Below are positions 13,287-26,409 of a DNA stretch of 64,000 nt, piece after piece. The stretch is from Lama glama (Eukaryota), in contig CM052816.1 of NCBI GenBank assembly GCA_028534125.1, positions 69,008,001-69,072,000 of the forward strand. Direction: 5' to 3'. The notes beneath the pieces are model-generated. The model was not told the DNA's origin. It made no database searches and worked only from the letters and a program-made list of their open reading frames with translations. The number at the start of each line of letters is the position of its first letter. Position 1 is the stretch's first letter. Position numbers and translations under genes: made by a program.

Positions 13287-13428
13287 CAGTGGTTCCCAAA
13301 CTTTAGTATGCATCAAAATTACCTGGAAGCCTTGATAAAACAGAAATTGCTGATTCCCAAGGATTTTCCATTTTAACAAGTTGCCAGGTAATGCAGCTGC
13401 TGCTGGTCCTGGGACTTTGAGACGCCCT
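13287..13428. mobile_element. MER5-like (hAT-Charlie) relic
   Basis: CAGTGGTTCCCAAACTTTAGTATGCATCAAAATTACCTGGA...TTTTAACAAG...GCTGCTGGTCC. Confidence 0.7.
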
Positions 13429-16400
13429 GATATAGTGAAATCTAGACTTGCCTAGAAGGGAGATAAGCGGTGATCAGAAGTGATTATTGCTGGGCTTATG
13501 AAAGAATGCACTGTAATATTTCTTAACCACTTGGTTCATTTAATTTTTTGTTTGAAGATACTTAACTATTTAAGTAGCAGAGAGTGTTGAAATGCCAGAG
13601 AAACTTTAAAGCTAAACTGTGGAAACTTGTGAGGGACAAGTGGAAGCAGACCATAGAAGGAGGATAGACGTGGAAGAACCAAAGACATAGGAAGTAATCA
13701 AGGAGCCTGTGGCCTCAAGGAGAGTGGTGCCATGTGTCATGGAGTGATCAGGTGGACCTGAAGACTCCCTGGTGACCAGTCCAGCAGTGTCCATGAAGAG
13801 GTCAGGGTGGAAGTGTGAGTGAAGGGCACTGAAAACTGCAGGGCAAGTGAGCACTTTTCCAGAAGATCTTCAGGAAGGACAGAAGGGCAGTTAGCCTGCA
13901 ACAAGAGAGAAGGGACCCTAGTTACTAGCAGAGGACCTCTTTCTTTCTGTCACCCTCCCCCCACAAAATTAGAGACATCATTCTAAGCTAAGGGTTATCA
14001 GTTAGAAATGGAGATAAAGACCTTCTGAAGCAATGATATAGTTTGATGTGATTACATGAAACCAGTGGAAAATTCCACTTATATAGCTTTTTGAGCCATA
14101 ACTCTTACAAAGTAAATATATTTATACACTTTTCAGACGCCTAGAAAATATAGCAGTGCGTGGAAATCTGAGACAGTGGGGTTGAGAAGAGGGGCGTAAA
14201 GAATTAGTCTAAACCTTTAATTTTACAGATAAAAACACCTATGTGTAAATAATTTCAGTGATAAAATGTTATGCTTAGTGGTAAAAACTATGACTTACCT
14301 TTGTACCACTTTTAGCCGTTGATTTTTAGAAATTAAAATATTAAAATCTTTAGTTTACCTACCCAATATTTAAAAATATGCACGTACACACATAAACATA
14401 TATATGAAGGCTTTAAAAGTATACATCCTTTTGTGCAAAAATTCTACTTTTATGAATTTATTCTAAGGAAATAATTTTGTTAAGTGTTCAAAGTGCTTTT
14501 ACAACTAATGTTGCAGTGGTTTTACAATATTGAAAAATTGTGAATAATCTGAAAATGTTGTTGCTAAGGTATTGGTTAAAGAAATGACAGTGGAGCCAAG
14601 AACAGACTCTGATTTAAACATTGAGAATGATGAGGTGCATAGAATGATTGACGTGTTCACTGCAAAGCAGAGGGCGGCAGCATATCCGGTGCTGGGACTT
14701 GGTCAGATTGTGTGGCTGGTAATGAAGCCATGCGGTCTTCTGTGCCTAAACCACAGTCAGGGTGCAAACTCCTTCTAGATTTTCATGACTCCCTCTCCCC
14801 AGTTTGAAAGCAGTTTTTTTTTAAAGTAATACTTTATCAGATTTCCCCAAAACATTCACCTTGGCTTTTATAGAAACAATAATCCTCTTTTTGTGCTGCT
14901 AGCTTATTGAATTTTTTAATATCTAAATTATGTATCAGTGATAACTGGCACAAACAGGTTTGAGAAAAATGCAACAGGTTCTTGGTATGTTTTCATTCCA
15001 ACTAGTGGAAATGCAAGTGTGCAGGTGCATACCAGAGGGAGTCCTGCCTGCCTGCATCTGTCAGTGGACACCTTGCATGTCAGTAGTCATATGTTATCCA
15101 GAGAGAATGGAGATGCATGGTGATTTCAGTGAGACTATTAAGTGAAGGTTGCCTAAGAGCATTTCTACTGTATAGTAAGTGAAAAAAGCATGCTAGCATG
15201 CCATATGAACTATCTTATTTTTGTGAAAAAATAGAAATGGATTAAAAATTGAGATGTTAACAGTGATGCTTATTTTATTCTTTACATCTTTAGCTATTTT
15301 CTAAAATTTTGCAGTGAGTTTTATAATTGAGAAAATGAATAAATCTCTTTCCATTTTTGAAAATTTAAACTGCAGCAAATTTAAACAAATGAAAACAAAT
15401 TAGTAGTTTACATAAATGGTGAATTAAGAACATCATTGTACATTGCAGTTGTTTGAGATGTACTTTGTCATCCTGGTGCTTTGTTAGCTATGAAGTTAAG
15501 ATTTCAGACCAAGTGAATGTAGAGAATTATAGTTTTCTTGTAAATACTAGAAAGGCTACAATGCTCATTAGCATACACTGCAACTTTCTTGTGAAACAAA
15601 TCTTGACCCAATAGAAGCAAAGCCAGTGAATCCTTAGAAAGTAAAGATAAAGGTCTGTGGATTATAAGTGCACAATGTAAAGTAAAATATACCTTCTGCA
15701 TCTATGCACAGAAATGCTATGTGCTAAAGTGGGTGGTCACCAGGGTTTTTAAAGTATTTCCTGACACCTGTGAAGTTAGTAAATATTTCCTGTTTTTGTT
15801 GTGTCTAGAGAAAACAGGAATTAACAACTTGGAAGTGATTATTAAACAAATGTTGTGAATGACTTCTCCACAGGCAGTTCCCAGTATGAGATTTCATTTT
15901 CTTAAAATCTATCATAACATATTTCTCTTAAGGGAAAGGGTAGTTGTCATAATAATGTGACAGCTGATTGAATGGTGGAAGATAAACCTTATGTTCAGGA
16001 GGAATGGCCTATTAGTTGTGGGATGTGCACTATGCATTTTCAGAATTTAAATATACATCCAATTTTAAGTCTTCAAAAATAAGCAAAACTAAGAAAGTAA
16101 GCAACGAATAGCCTATCAATGGTTCTGTGCTAACTATATGTCATTAGCCTTTTTGAAAAATATTTTTGACTATTTTAAACACTGTGGGAGGACCCTAGAG
16201 TTTTTGACCAGAGGGAGCCAGGATTAACTCACTGCAATAATCAGGTGTGTTATTTAACCACCCTGTTCCTTCGTGTCCTCTGTGCAAAGTGTAGGCAATG
16301 GCTTCTGTGCAGTTTTAAGGACCTTTGCACATGTTCTATGTATGCCATTTTATCCTATCCCTGTGTCTGCATATATTAAGCTTTTCAATTATTAATTGTA

Positions 16401-19070
16401 TTATATAAGCCACCCTCATTTTGGGGGCATTTCAGATGCCCATTCATTGCAGCAAGACTGAAGTATTTAAAATATTTTACATGTTCTGTTAAAGATGAAT
16501 AAATAAAGAGACTGAAGAAAATCAACTGACTCCTTAACAAACTTGAGGGTGTCTATAAAAGGTGAACAGCAACGAGTGAAATTCAGTTAGTATCGTTTGA
16601 AACTCTCTCACAATTCTACAAAAGAAGTGGCTATTTTTAAAGGACGAATAATAGCATTCTATTTAAATCTCCAAACAATTATTAGCATGCTCCTGGAAAA
16701 AAAAGGTACAATGCTTCAGGAGAATGCAAGGGAGTCCTACAGATGTGGTACACTTCCCTGTGTTTTATTTTTAGTTTTCTATTCCTGCCTTTTATTTTGG
16801 GACATGGCCCGCTTCCTTTGTAGTTTCCCCTTAACTTGTTCATACTTTTCTTTCTTATATAATGCATTCTAAGCTGCCTTTTTTCCTACCTCTCAAAGGA
16901 AACTTAAGGAATGTTGACCTGTTCAGAAACCCCCACTAATCTTGGCAACAGCAGAGTTCTTCGTTTGAAAACAACCTTGGAAATGCAGGATTATGGCTGA
17001 CTTTCTAGTTACTTAATGAGTAACTTTCTAGTTATTTAATGAACTACAGAAAGACCTGAGGACAGAGATTGGTAGATTTTCAATACTGTTTTCACAAAAT
17101 TATTTCATGGCTTGTAGAAACTGAAGGAATTTGAAAATGGACTGTTTTCTATAGATTTATACAAAAGCCAAATCCAGTTTACAAAATGAGAAAGTGCAAT
17201 AAGCCTAATTTAGGGCTATTTCAACTTTTATTGATGAGCAGTTAGGCAACGTGGCTGGAAGAGTGTTCATCCTGCACAGTGTTAACAGAAGCAGAGTGAG
17301 GAGATGGAAAGTTCTGGTGCTTGCCTTTAAAGAGCCCTATAGAGAAACTGGAGATGAGACAAACAAAACTGAAACCAACAGGTGCACAATCTAATCATGC
17401 GTGGTAGTTTATGGTTCTTTAGTGGTGAACAAAACAGTGAAAACACTGACTTAGGCCAACTTCAACAAAGGTGTAATTCATTGGTAGGATATGGAGTGTC
17501 CCACAAGATGGAAAAACAAGACAACTCCTGAGTAATTGGTTTGGAGGATGCAGCGCAGCTTGGAGGTGCAGGTGACAGGAGCAAGCAGACATTCTTACTG
17601 GAGCGCTACTTCTAGGACAAAGAACTGCAATTTCTTAGTTTCTATTCTAGGGCCACTTCTCTTTGAAACTCCTTTTTTGGGGATATTACCCTCAGACTGT
17701 GTGGCCCATTTAAATGAAGAGCTTAGTTGTGACACACCTTCTTCCTTTGTAGGTGGATTTCATTTTTGGATGGAGCCAAAGCCATTCAAAGCCCAGTCTG
17801 GCCAATGAAATGTTGATTAATTTGGGCAGAACAATTTTGGTAAAAAACCCACTTGTGTAAGATAACAGGATAAGATAATGCATAGGAATAGGATTTGGAC
17901 AAGAAAGGAAAGGGTTTGGTGCCTTGGGGAACCAAGAAACTCACCTTGTGGTCTTGTGGTATCAGGAAGTAGGGACCCACTGTAGGTCATTTGTGCTTTT
18001 GATGCTTCGGGGAGAAGCACCAGATGTGATATTTAAGTGTCTCTGTGGGTTGATTGCAGCTTCTCAGTGAATGGAGTGGAGGTAGGACCAGGTTCAGATG
18101 GGACCAGCATTGGGGCAAGGGCTGGGGTGTTGGTGGCAGGAAGCAGTCACCATTTAACCTGTCTCATAGTCTGCCCATTGATTTCTCTTTTTTTCTTAAA
18201 TGATTTTATTTGCTGTCAAAGACAAAAACATTGTTACAATGGCATTAAGGCAAAATTGTCTTTTAAAAAAACCTAATTATTTAACATCAATGACTTTTTG
18301 TTCTTCATCTTAAAATGTGTTTTTAGAAACCTCTTCCTTTCAATCCTACCTAAATAGCTGCAACTTATGTTCAAACAGGAGAAGACTATAAAGTGCATAC
18401 ATATTGAGAGAGGGAATGATAAAGGAAGTGTGATAAAATCTTAACCCTTGGGGAATCTGGATGAAAGATATATGAGAAATTTTTTTCTATTTTTGAAACT
18501 TTTCTATAAATCTGAAATTAGGTCAAAGTAAATGTTAAAAAAAGTCATCACTGATATTTTGATCAGCCCTCCATGCTGCTTCCTTCAGTGTCTTTTCCTC
18601 ATTATCTTTACAACAATTAGGTCAGCATAACACCTATTAAAAACCTTGAAAAGCTGCTACTCTTAAGAAATGTGCTCAGGATGGTGACCACCGCCTTGCT
18701 TCTGAAGCCCCAAAAAGCACTACTTCTCTATTTCTGAGCCTGCATAGGGTCCTTGACACCCAGAAGTAACAGGAAAAGCCAAGACTGCATCATCAAGGGA
18801 CCAGAACATCTTTTTGCAAGTAGAAGTGCATCAGGTCTGGAAGGGTCAAATCAAGGCTGACTCTGATACCTGCATCAAGTAAAGGCAATGATTGGAGGGA
18901 GGTGTCCACGCCCAAGGGAGATGGTATGTCTGAGGCTGAGGAAGGGTTTCCCAGGGCAGATGCAAGTTTCCTCTTAACTCTATAATTATTGTCACTCATT
19001 GTAAAGTACCACATCTGGTCAACATTGTCTTCTTTTGTGTAATAATTTTTCAGGCAATAAAGAAATAATG

Positions 19071-19742
19071 GATCCAGCTATTCCACTTGGGTATTTATCT
19101 GCAGAATACGAAAACAGTAACTTGAAAAAATATCTGCACCTCTAAGTTCATTGCAGCATTATTTACAATAGTCAGGATGTGAAAGCAACCTAAGTGTCCA
19201 TCAATGAATGAATGTGGTATGTACACAATGGAATATTATTCATCCATAAAAAGAAAGAAATATTGCCACTGACAACGTGGAGTAACCTTGACGGCATTAT
19301 ACTAAGTGAAATAACTCAGACAGAGAAATACTGTATGAGCTCACTTAGATGTGGAATCTAAAAAGCAACAAGAAGAAAAACGCAAGCTCATAGATACAAA
19401 GAACAGATTAGTGATTGCCAGAGGCAAAGGTGGGTGGGGAGGTGGCAAAATAGGTGAAGGGGGTCAAAAGGTACAAACTTCCCAATTATAAAACAAACAA
19501 ATGACGGGGATTGATGTACAGCATGGTGACTATAGTTAGTGACACCGTACTGCATACTTGAAAGTTGCTAAAAGAGCCAACCATAAAACATCTCATCGCA
19601 TGAAAAATAAGTGTAACTATGTATGGTGATGGATATTAACTAGACTTGTGATCGTTTCTCAATGTATAAAAATATTGAATCATTATGTTGTACACCTGCA
19701 ACTAGTCTAATGTTATATGTCAATTATGCCTCAATAAAAAAG
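19071..19742 (+). mobile_element. 5'-truncated L1: ORF2 tail and 3' UTR
   Basis: GATCCAGCTATTCCACTT...TTCATTGCAGCATTATTTACAATAG...AACCTAAGTGTCCATCAA...TGTACACCTG...TCAATAAAAA. Confidence 0.9.
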
Positions 19743-19936
19743 AATTAATAACTATGGTTAGCTGTTTCTATTCAATCAAGATTAATATTCCATTTTCAGA
19801 GAAACACTCAAATTGATGGGGATATTATTAATATATTTATATATTTCCATCTTTATAGGTTGGTGGCAATCACTGAGACTGCGCTGGTATATCAGGGTTG
19901 TAATTCTGAAATTCTGACATTCAGGATAAACATGAA

Positions 19937-20200
19937 TTTTTTTCTTTTCTTTTTCATTGAAGTGTAGTTGATTTACAATGTTAGTTTCAGGTGTACAGCA
20001 AAGAGATTCAGTTATACATATACATATTTTTTTTTCAGATTCTTTTCCATTATAGCTTATTACAAGAAATCGAATATACTTCCCTGTGCTATACAGTAAG
20101 TCCTTGTTGTTTATCTGTTTTGTATATAGTAGTGTGTGTCTGTTAATCCCAAACTCCTAATCTGTCCCTCCGCTGCCCTTTCCCTTTTGGTAACCATAGA
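19937..20200 (-). mobile_element. Short L1 3' end (artiodactyl type)
   Basis: T-tract then TTGAAGTGTAGTTGATTTACAATGTTAGTTTCAGGTGTACAGC...TTCCCTGTGCTATACAGTA; possible TSD TGAATTTT. Confidence 0.85.
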
Positions 20201-21309
20201 CTTGTGAATTTTGACAGCTTGATGAGTGAAAACTCAGATGGGAAGAACTGGGCCAGATGTTTTCACCTCTTCCAGTGCCTGTTTTCTTTCCTTTGAGTGC
20301 TTGCCTGGTTGCCCTCATTTAGTTTTCTATGTGTTTTGAAGTAACAAGAAAACGTATGAGAGGGAGTGGGTTTCCTGGGGAAGACTGCATGTGAGGGCAT
20401 CTGAGTAAATCTTCTCAGACACGTTGTTTACTGACTGATGAGGGAGCTGGAATGTGTGTGGCTTTGCGAGACATTTTATTTGTGTCTTTTGAAATGACAC
20501 ACCTTGGGGGTGTTAAAGTGAACTTTACTCATTATGCCGTGGGAAAAGTTTTTTCCTTAATGACTCGAAAACATGGGCTTGTTATTCTGAAAAAGCAGAG
20601 CACATCCTCATTCCACACAAACAATGTGACACGGACCTGGAGCCCGGCCAAGGTTTTCTATGAATAGAACTTGGCAAAGAGAGTGTTAGAAACACTTTGG
20701 ATTCGCCTGGCTATCCTAGATGCCTGATCCCAACAAAGGAAACGATTTACTTGCTCTTCAAAGGTAAAAATGAAGAGGATTCCCTCTTGTCCTCCTACAC
20801 AGCACCAGTCCTGGGTAGCACAGCACACTGTCCATACAGCTGAGATAATGCTGGTGCCTGCCACCCAAGAGGCATTTGCTTCTGAATTGTTTTTCCAGAA
20901 GTAAGATGATTTCAATGGAGAGAGTACACATAAACGATGTGCCCGGGGAGCAGGGGATGGTTGAACAGGGAAGTGCCGTCTGGTCTGGCCTGCTCTGTGC
21001 TCTGCAAACACCATGCTTTTGTCTAGGCTTGTTTGATGACAAGGAACAGAAATCCAATCAACAGGGTTTAAGTTTTAAAAAACGGTGGGAGAGTGGGTGG
21101 CTATTTTAAGGATACAGAAATCTAAAGTCTGGCTGGCCCTACGGGGACTGGAGAGGCATCTGGAATAGAGATAACTCCTCTCTTTCCCTCTGTGGTCAGT
21201 CATCTTGTGAATTTGTTCCTCCTCTTGTTTGATTGTTTATGCTTGGTCCCATCTCCTCTCTGTCATATGGCTTCTTCTGCTTCACCATAATATTAATAAT
21301 AATGATACA

Positions 21310-21530
21310 AATGTTAGCTAACACTTATTGAGTGTTTACTCTGCACAAGCTTTGTTTTGAGAACTTTACGTGTACTAATTTGTTGAGTCCTCACAATAAC
21401 CCCACGAGGGAGGTACTATTTTTATACCCATTTTTCAGATGAATATACTGAGGCATACCAAGGTAGGGTAGCTTGCCCAGAGTCAACAGCTATTATGTGA
21501 CAGAGCTGGGTCTTGAACTCAGGCAGCTTA
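21310..21530 (-). mobile_element. MIR SINE
   Basis: TCCTCACAATAACCC...CCCATTTTTCAGATGAATATACTGAGGC...CTTGCCCAG...CTTGAACTCAGGCAG. Confidence 0.75.
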
Positions 21531-21789
21531 GCTTTGTGTTGGCTCCTCCATTACCTTGGCTTGCACAATGTATTGCCATGTTTTGGCAGTCATTTTTTCC
21601 TCAACCCTACATAACCTTTTTATTCTTAGAGCTCAGACTCATTGGTTGACTACAGGACAGTCTCTAGGTATATAAGTACACATTTTTGAGAGAAAAATTC
21701 TGCTTGGTCACAAATCAATAAGTTCATCTTTTTTAAAAAAAAGCTGAAAAGGGTGAACACAGTTGTGCGGGTCTATGCTGGAAACTCCA

Positions 21790-22264
21790 GACACTGCCCA
21801 TAGACTCCGTCAGGAATGAAGGGCTTCCTCATCCATTTGCTGGGAGTGCTGCTAGCAGGCAGATGCCCTCAGCTGTCAGCTTCCTTTCAGAAACGCCTCT
21901 GAAGAGAGGTCTTTAAGGAGAGTCTTTCTGGGGGTGGGGTGCTGTGCTGTCTGCATCTACAAACTAACCAACATGGGTGTCTAAGGAGTGAGTCCCCTTG
22001 CCACAACTTGGGAAAACTCTGAATAGTCTTCTCAGCTTTAAAACTCCCAGCAGGCTCCCCTGAGGTTTCACAGCTCAGCTTCTCCTTCTGTCTAATCCTG
22101 TTCACTTCCCCTTCCTTCTCTCCTGCTCCCCTTCCCTCCGCTTCCCTTCCCTTCCCTGCTCCCCCTGCCTTCATAGGTGTTGCTCCAAGAGTACTCCCTA
22201 AAAAACCACCTGCCCGTTCATCTCCATCTCAGAGTTGGCTTCCCAGGGAACTCAACCTGTGACA
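21790..22264 (+). mobile_element. ERVL LTR relic (LTR16/LTR33-like)
   Basis: Ends with ...CTCCATCTCAGAGTTGGCTTCCCAGGGAACTCAACCTGTGACA, typical of LTR16-type 3' ends; 5' boundary uncertain. Confidence 0.6.
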
Positions 22265-23381
22265 AGCACCCAGCCTAGGGGGATAGTGGGGGTTTCCATA
22301 CAACCCACCTTTGCTCACCAAGTTGTAGCCAGTGGGGTATAACAGCTGCTTTTTTGTGATCGTTGGCCTTGTGTGGGCGCCCTTTTAACTCCTCTGCCTG
22401 GAGGGGGCGCCTTTGTGTAATTCATCTGCTGGGAGGAACCACTTTTGTAATTTGTTTGCCTAGTGGGTGTTCTTTTGCAATCTGTATTGCAAACCCAACC
22501 AACCCAAGATCCATATCGCCAGGGTGCAGACCTATTACTCAAGTTTGGATAAACTACAAAAAAAGATAAAAATATTTCTGGGAAAAAAATCGAGGAGGAA
22601 GTGAAATACAGTGTCTTGAATTTGAGGGAAAAAAATAAACTGAAAGGAAATTCCATAGGTAGTTCATCAGAGCTCAGGTCCTTGGGATTTTATTAATCTG
22701 AAGGGGAAAAATGCAAAACGGAAATCGCTCTTTAGAATTAAAGGCAACTTCTGAGGTGGCAGGAAAATGGCCGAGGAGTCCATGGCTGTTTGCTATTTAG
22801 GCACAATCAAGAAATATTTTCAGTGTTGTGTGGCATCTCCTGGGTATTGCGATAGCTCACCGCAATACCCGTGGGCTCTTGGCAAACAATAGACAGGAAC
22901 CAGAGAAAAGGCACCACAATTCTATCAGGACTACTTATGTTTAATTTTAGGCCAAGTAAAAGAAACTCTAGATGGGACATCCAAAGTGTTCACACAGTAA
23001 AAATAGAAAAATTCCTTTGTAAAGGGGACTTGGGATAGTGAGATAGGTTTGAAGGTTTGCCACCCTGAATAGAACAGAAGCTCCTTAAAGACAGGGGAAG
23101 TCATTTTGTATCTTCGATAGACTTTGATAAACATTTCACACATATTAGAAGAGTAGTGAGTACAATGAGAGCAATAGTTATGAATGAATGAATGAATGAA
23201 TGAATGAGTGAAAGAATGAATCCAGCTCCTATGATCAACCTTGGTCTTTTAAAAAGATGACTTTTCACTGATCTATTCATTCAACTAATTTCCTTCCTTC
23301 TGGTGTCTTCCAGGAACCAGATCCTGGATCTACAAAGAGAGAGGACAGACTCTTATACAGAGAGGATAATACAGAATACAG

Positions 23382-23452
23382 AGCTTCTACTAGGATAATG
23401 GGGACAAAAAAGCATTTTGATAGACAGGGACAGGAATCAGACCCCCTGGAAA
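23382..23452 (+). repeat. 71-bp dispersed direct repeat, copy 1
   Basis: 70 of 71 nt identical to 25709-25779. Confidence 0.93.
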
Positions 23453-24149
23453 GCTCTGAAGTGAGGTGTGTCCAGGTCTACTAGGGACTCAGGAGCATCT
23501 CAGAGAAGGTGAACTGATATTTGTAGGAGTTTGATCAGGAACAATGTTGGTCAAGGAAGTTTAAGGTGGAGGGAACAGCATGTGCAAAGGCATGGAGATT
23601 TGCGATCATGGCACATCTGGAGAATTTTAAGTAATTCTATATGGCTAATGGGTCTGGGGAGGGTGATGGAATTTAGGATGAAGTTGTAGAGGCAGGCTCA
23701 AGACAGATTGTGCAAGGTCTTTAGTGCTGTACACAGGAGGTTGCTTTCTCTCTTGTAACAAACAAATAGCAGCTGCTCACATTTCTGTGCACAATTGTAC
23801 AGTGATAAATTCAATTGTGCTTTGGTGTGATGGGCACAGAATGAAGATGAAGAAGTGTTCTTTTGGCCCCGTCAAGGTAGATATAGTCCAGCAATGAAAC
23901 AATGAGGATGATGGATGCAGGGGGCAGGAAATTCGAGCTGTCAGGCTGTTTATTATGTGGCAGGATGACCTCATATCCAGACCTGGATAAACACAAATAA
24001 TACCCTTACAAGTATAGAGACTTTCAATCTTCAAAGCTCTTCTAAATATAACACCATTTCAATCTTTCCACAAGGCTATGAGATGAAAAGGACAGAGCTA
24101 TTCCAGACTCTCCAGTGGGGAGTTAAACAGCACATCTACAATCACACAA

Positions 24150-24362
24150 CGGCAGGGACATAGTAGGGGTAGGGGATTATGAGCTACAAACTACTTACTA
24201 TGTGTGAAATAGACAAGCAACAAGAGTATATTGTATAGCACAGGAACTTAGAGCCATTACCTTGGAATAACTTTCATAATCTATAAAAATATCGAATCAC
24301 TATCTTGTACACCTGAAACTAATATAATATTATAAATCAACTGTATTTCAATAAAAAATAAA
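24150..24362 (+). mobile_element. Short L1 3' end
   Basis: ATATTGTATAGCACAGG...GAATCACTATCTTGTACACCTGAAACTAATATAATATTATAAATCAACTGTATTTCAATAAAAAA. Confidence 0.85.
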
Positions 24363-25708
24363 GTCCCACAACAATTTATGGCAAATACCTACTTTCTGTA
24401 GAAATTTATGGTTGCCGGAAGTGACCCATCTACTGGGAAGGCAGAGGTCTGCAGGTGGGCCTTTTCACGCTATTAGTTACTCCTCTCTGTGGAAACGTGG
24501 CCCTGGCCTAGCAGACACCCTGAGGAGCAGACCCAGACAGGAGATGTGTCGGGATAAGGTGACCTGACTTTCAGAGTGTTGAAGAGGGGTGGATTGGGGG
24601 TGCTTCTTGACCCCAGATTTGCCTATTAACGATACTCTAGTCACTTAGCCCATGTTAAATTTTATTGGATCTGAGCCAAGTAGTTCAGACTCTTCTTGAG
24701 CAAGATTCCAGAATAGGGAGGCGGATGGTGTACAGGCAGCTATAGTAAAGAAAGCAGTAATTCTGGGAAATAATTTTTGAAAAATTCTGAATTTTTGGCT
24801 CCAAATTGTGCTATTAGATTTAGAGTTTGTTTGCTTGTTTGTTTTAGTGCTTTGCACAAATGTGAAGGTTAGCAAGTTTAAAAAGGTAAAAAATTTAAAT
24901 ATGTTTGGGATCAAATATTAAAATGAAGACTTTTGCATTACTTTTGAGTGCTTTTTATTTTAGCTTATATAATTTTTTTGAATGGAGTCTTTGCCAAAGA
25001 AATGATTGCATTTTAAAAAGTCTGAGCCAAAAATCCATACATAGGCATATTTTGAATTTCCTATGTTACAGTTTAGAATCTTGGCATGTGTTTTTGTGGT
25101 TCTTCAAACCAGTCATTAACTTTACACTTAATATGTTCAACCTAGTATTTAGTCCATACAGAGTGTATTGCCAGGACAGTTTTTATTTTATATTGAATGT
25201 TTGTTTTTTTTGAAAATGGAATATACTTACAACTTAATAGTCAAGAACCAAAATTACTGTAAAACCACATTGCCACCAACATCTTAAAAATGTCTCCAGA
25301 GATAACAAAAATTTTAACAGAATAAAAACACATTAAAATTTTTTAAATTACAGTTCTCTTTCACAATTTAAAATGAGTTTCCACTTCATATTTGTTTTTT
25401 CAACAGAGGTAGGTTTAAAAGGAATATATTACTTTAAAAAAAGTAATGTTTTCTTTTTGTTGTTGTTGTTGTTGTTCTTGAACATAAAATTAATAAAACA
25501 CTTCTGTCAAAATGGCTCAATAAGTTCCTGTTTGAGTAAACCCTTCTGGGCCAAACACATATATTGAAAACATAAAAAAGGCATAGTCAGATTGAACAAT
25601 AAGATAAACACCCTCATGAACCAGCCTTGTGAAATAGAAGATACTTGAATGTGGTATGCACGGCGAAAGCTGTGCGCTTGCTGAGCTCTCGGTTGGAGCT
25701 GGAGGTTT

Positions 25709-25779
25709 AGCTTCTACAAGGATAATGGGGACAAAAAAGCATTTTGATAGACAGGGACAGGAATCAGACCCCCTGGAAA
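25709..25779 (+). repeat. 71-bp dispersed direct repeat, copy 2
   Basis: AGCTTCTACAAGGATAATGGGGACAAAAAAGCATTTTGATAGACAGGGACAGGAATCAGACCCCCTGGAAA. Confidence 0.93.
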
Positions 25780-26108
25780 TGAAAAGAGAGGGTGGGCTTT
25801 TGCAGACATGGAAGGAGGTTGAAACCTCTGCCAGAAACTGGCTTAAGCAAGTTTCTGAACTAGGGAAATCCCGCTGATGCAGCCCTACGAACCAAGATGC
25901 CCTTTCGCTGAATGGATGGATGGATCTGCAGTCTCTCCTAAAACTCTTCCGGTGCAAGCTCAGTGCCTGGCTGGGTTCTGTGCAGTGGCACCTGAGGAAG
26001 TCAACTACAAAACCGCTGAATAGGGAAGGGAGCGCACAGAAGAGAGAGAGAGAAGACCCACAAAAACAAATTCCTATAACATTCCACTCAAAAATATGCC
26101 TGGATAAA

Positions 26109-26235
26109 TCACAGAGAGAAAAATGTGACAATGAGTGTGTATATGTCCATGAATGACTGAAAAATTGTGCTGAACACTGGAATTTGACACAACATTGTAA
26201 AATGATTATAAATCAATAAAAAATGTTAAAAAAAA
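26109..26235 (+). mobile_element. Young ~125-nt L1 3'-tail insertion
   Basis: TCACAGAGAGAAAAATGTGACA...CTGAAAAATTGTGCT...CAATAAAAAATGTTAAAAAAAA; TSD-like AAA(T)ATGCCTG on both flanks. Confidence 0.8.
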
Positions 26236-26304
26236 TGCCTGCACACCAGAATCCAAAAATGCAGGCTAAGAAAGACATCTAATAAAATCAACAATTGGAA
26301 CATG

Positions 26305-26409
26305 AATTTTCTAAAAATGAAGTTAATATTGTAAAACCTGAGGACCTAATTTTAGGTCCTAATTTTAGGTCCTCAGGTTTTATAAAATTAACTTCATTTT
26401 TAGAAAATT
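26305..26409. repeat. Near-perfect inverted repeat: 45-bp arms, 15-nt loop
   Basis: Left arm 26305-26349 is the reverse complement of 26365-26409 with 2 mismatches. Confidence 0.95.

Noticed and set aside
25517..26131. 204-aa minus-strand ORF
   Set aside because: No recognisable domain; it overlaps an L1 tail, an AG repeat and the duplicated 71-mer
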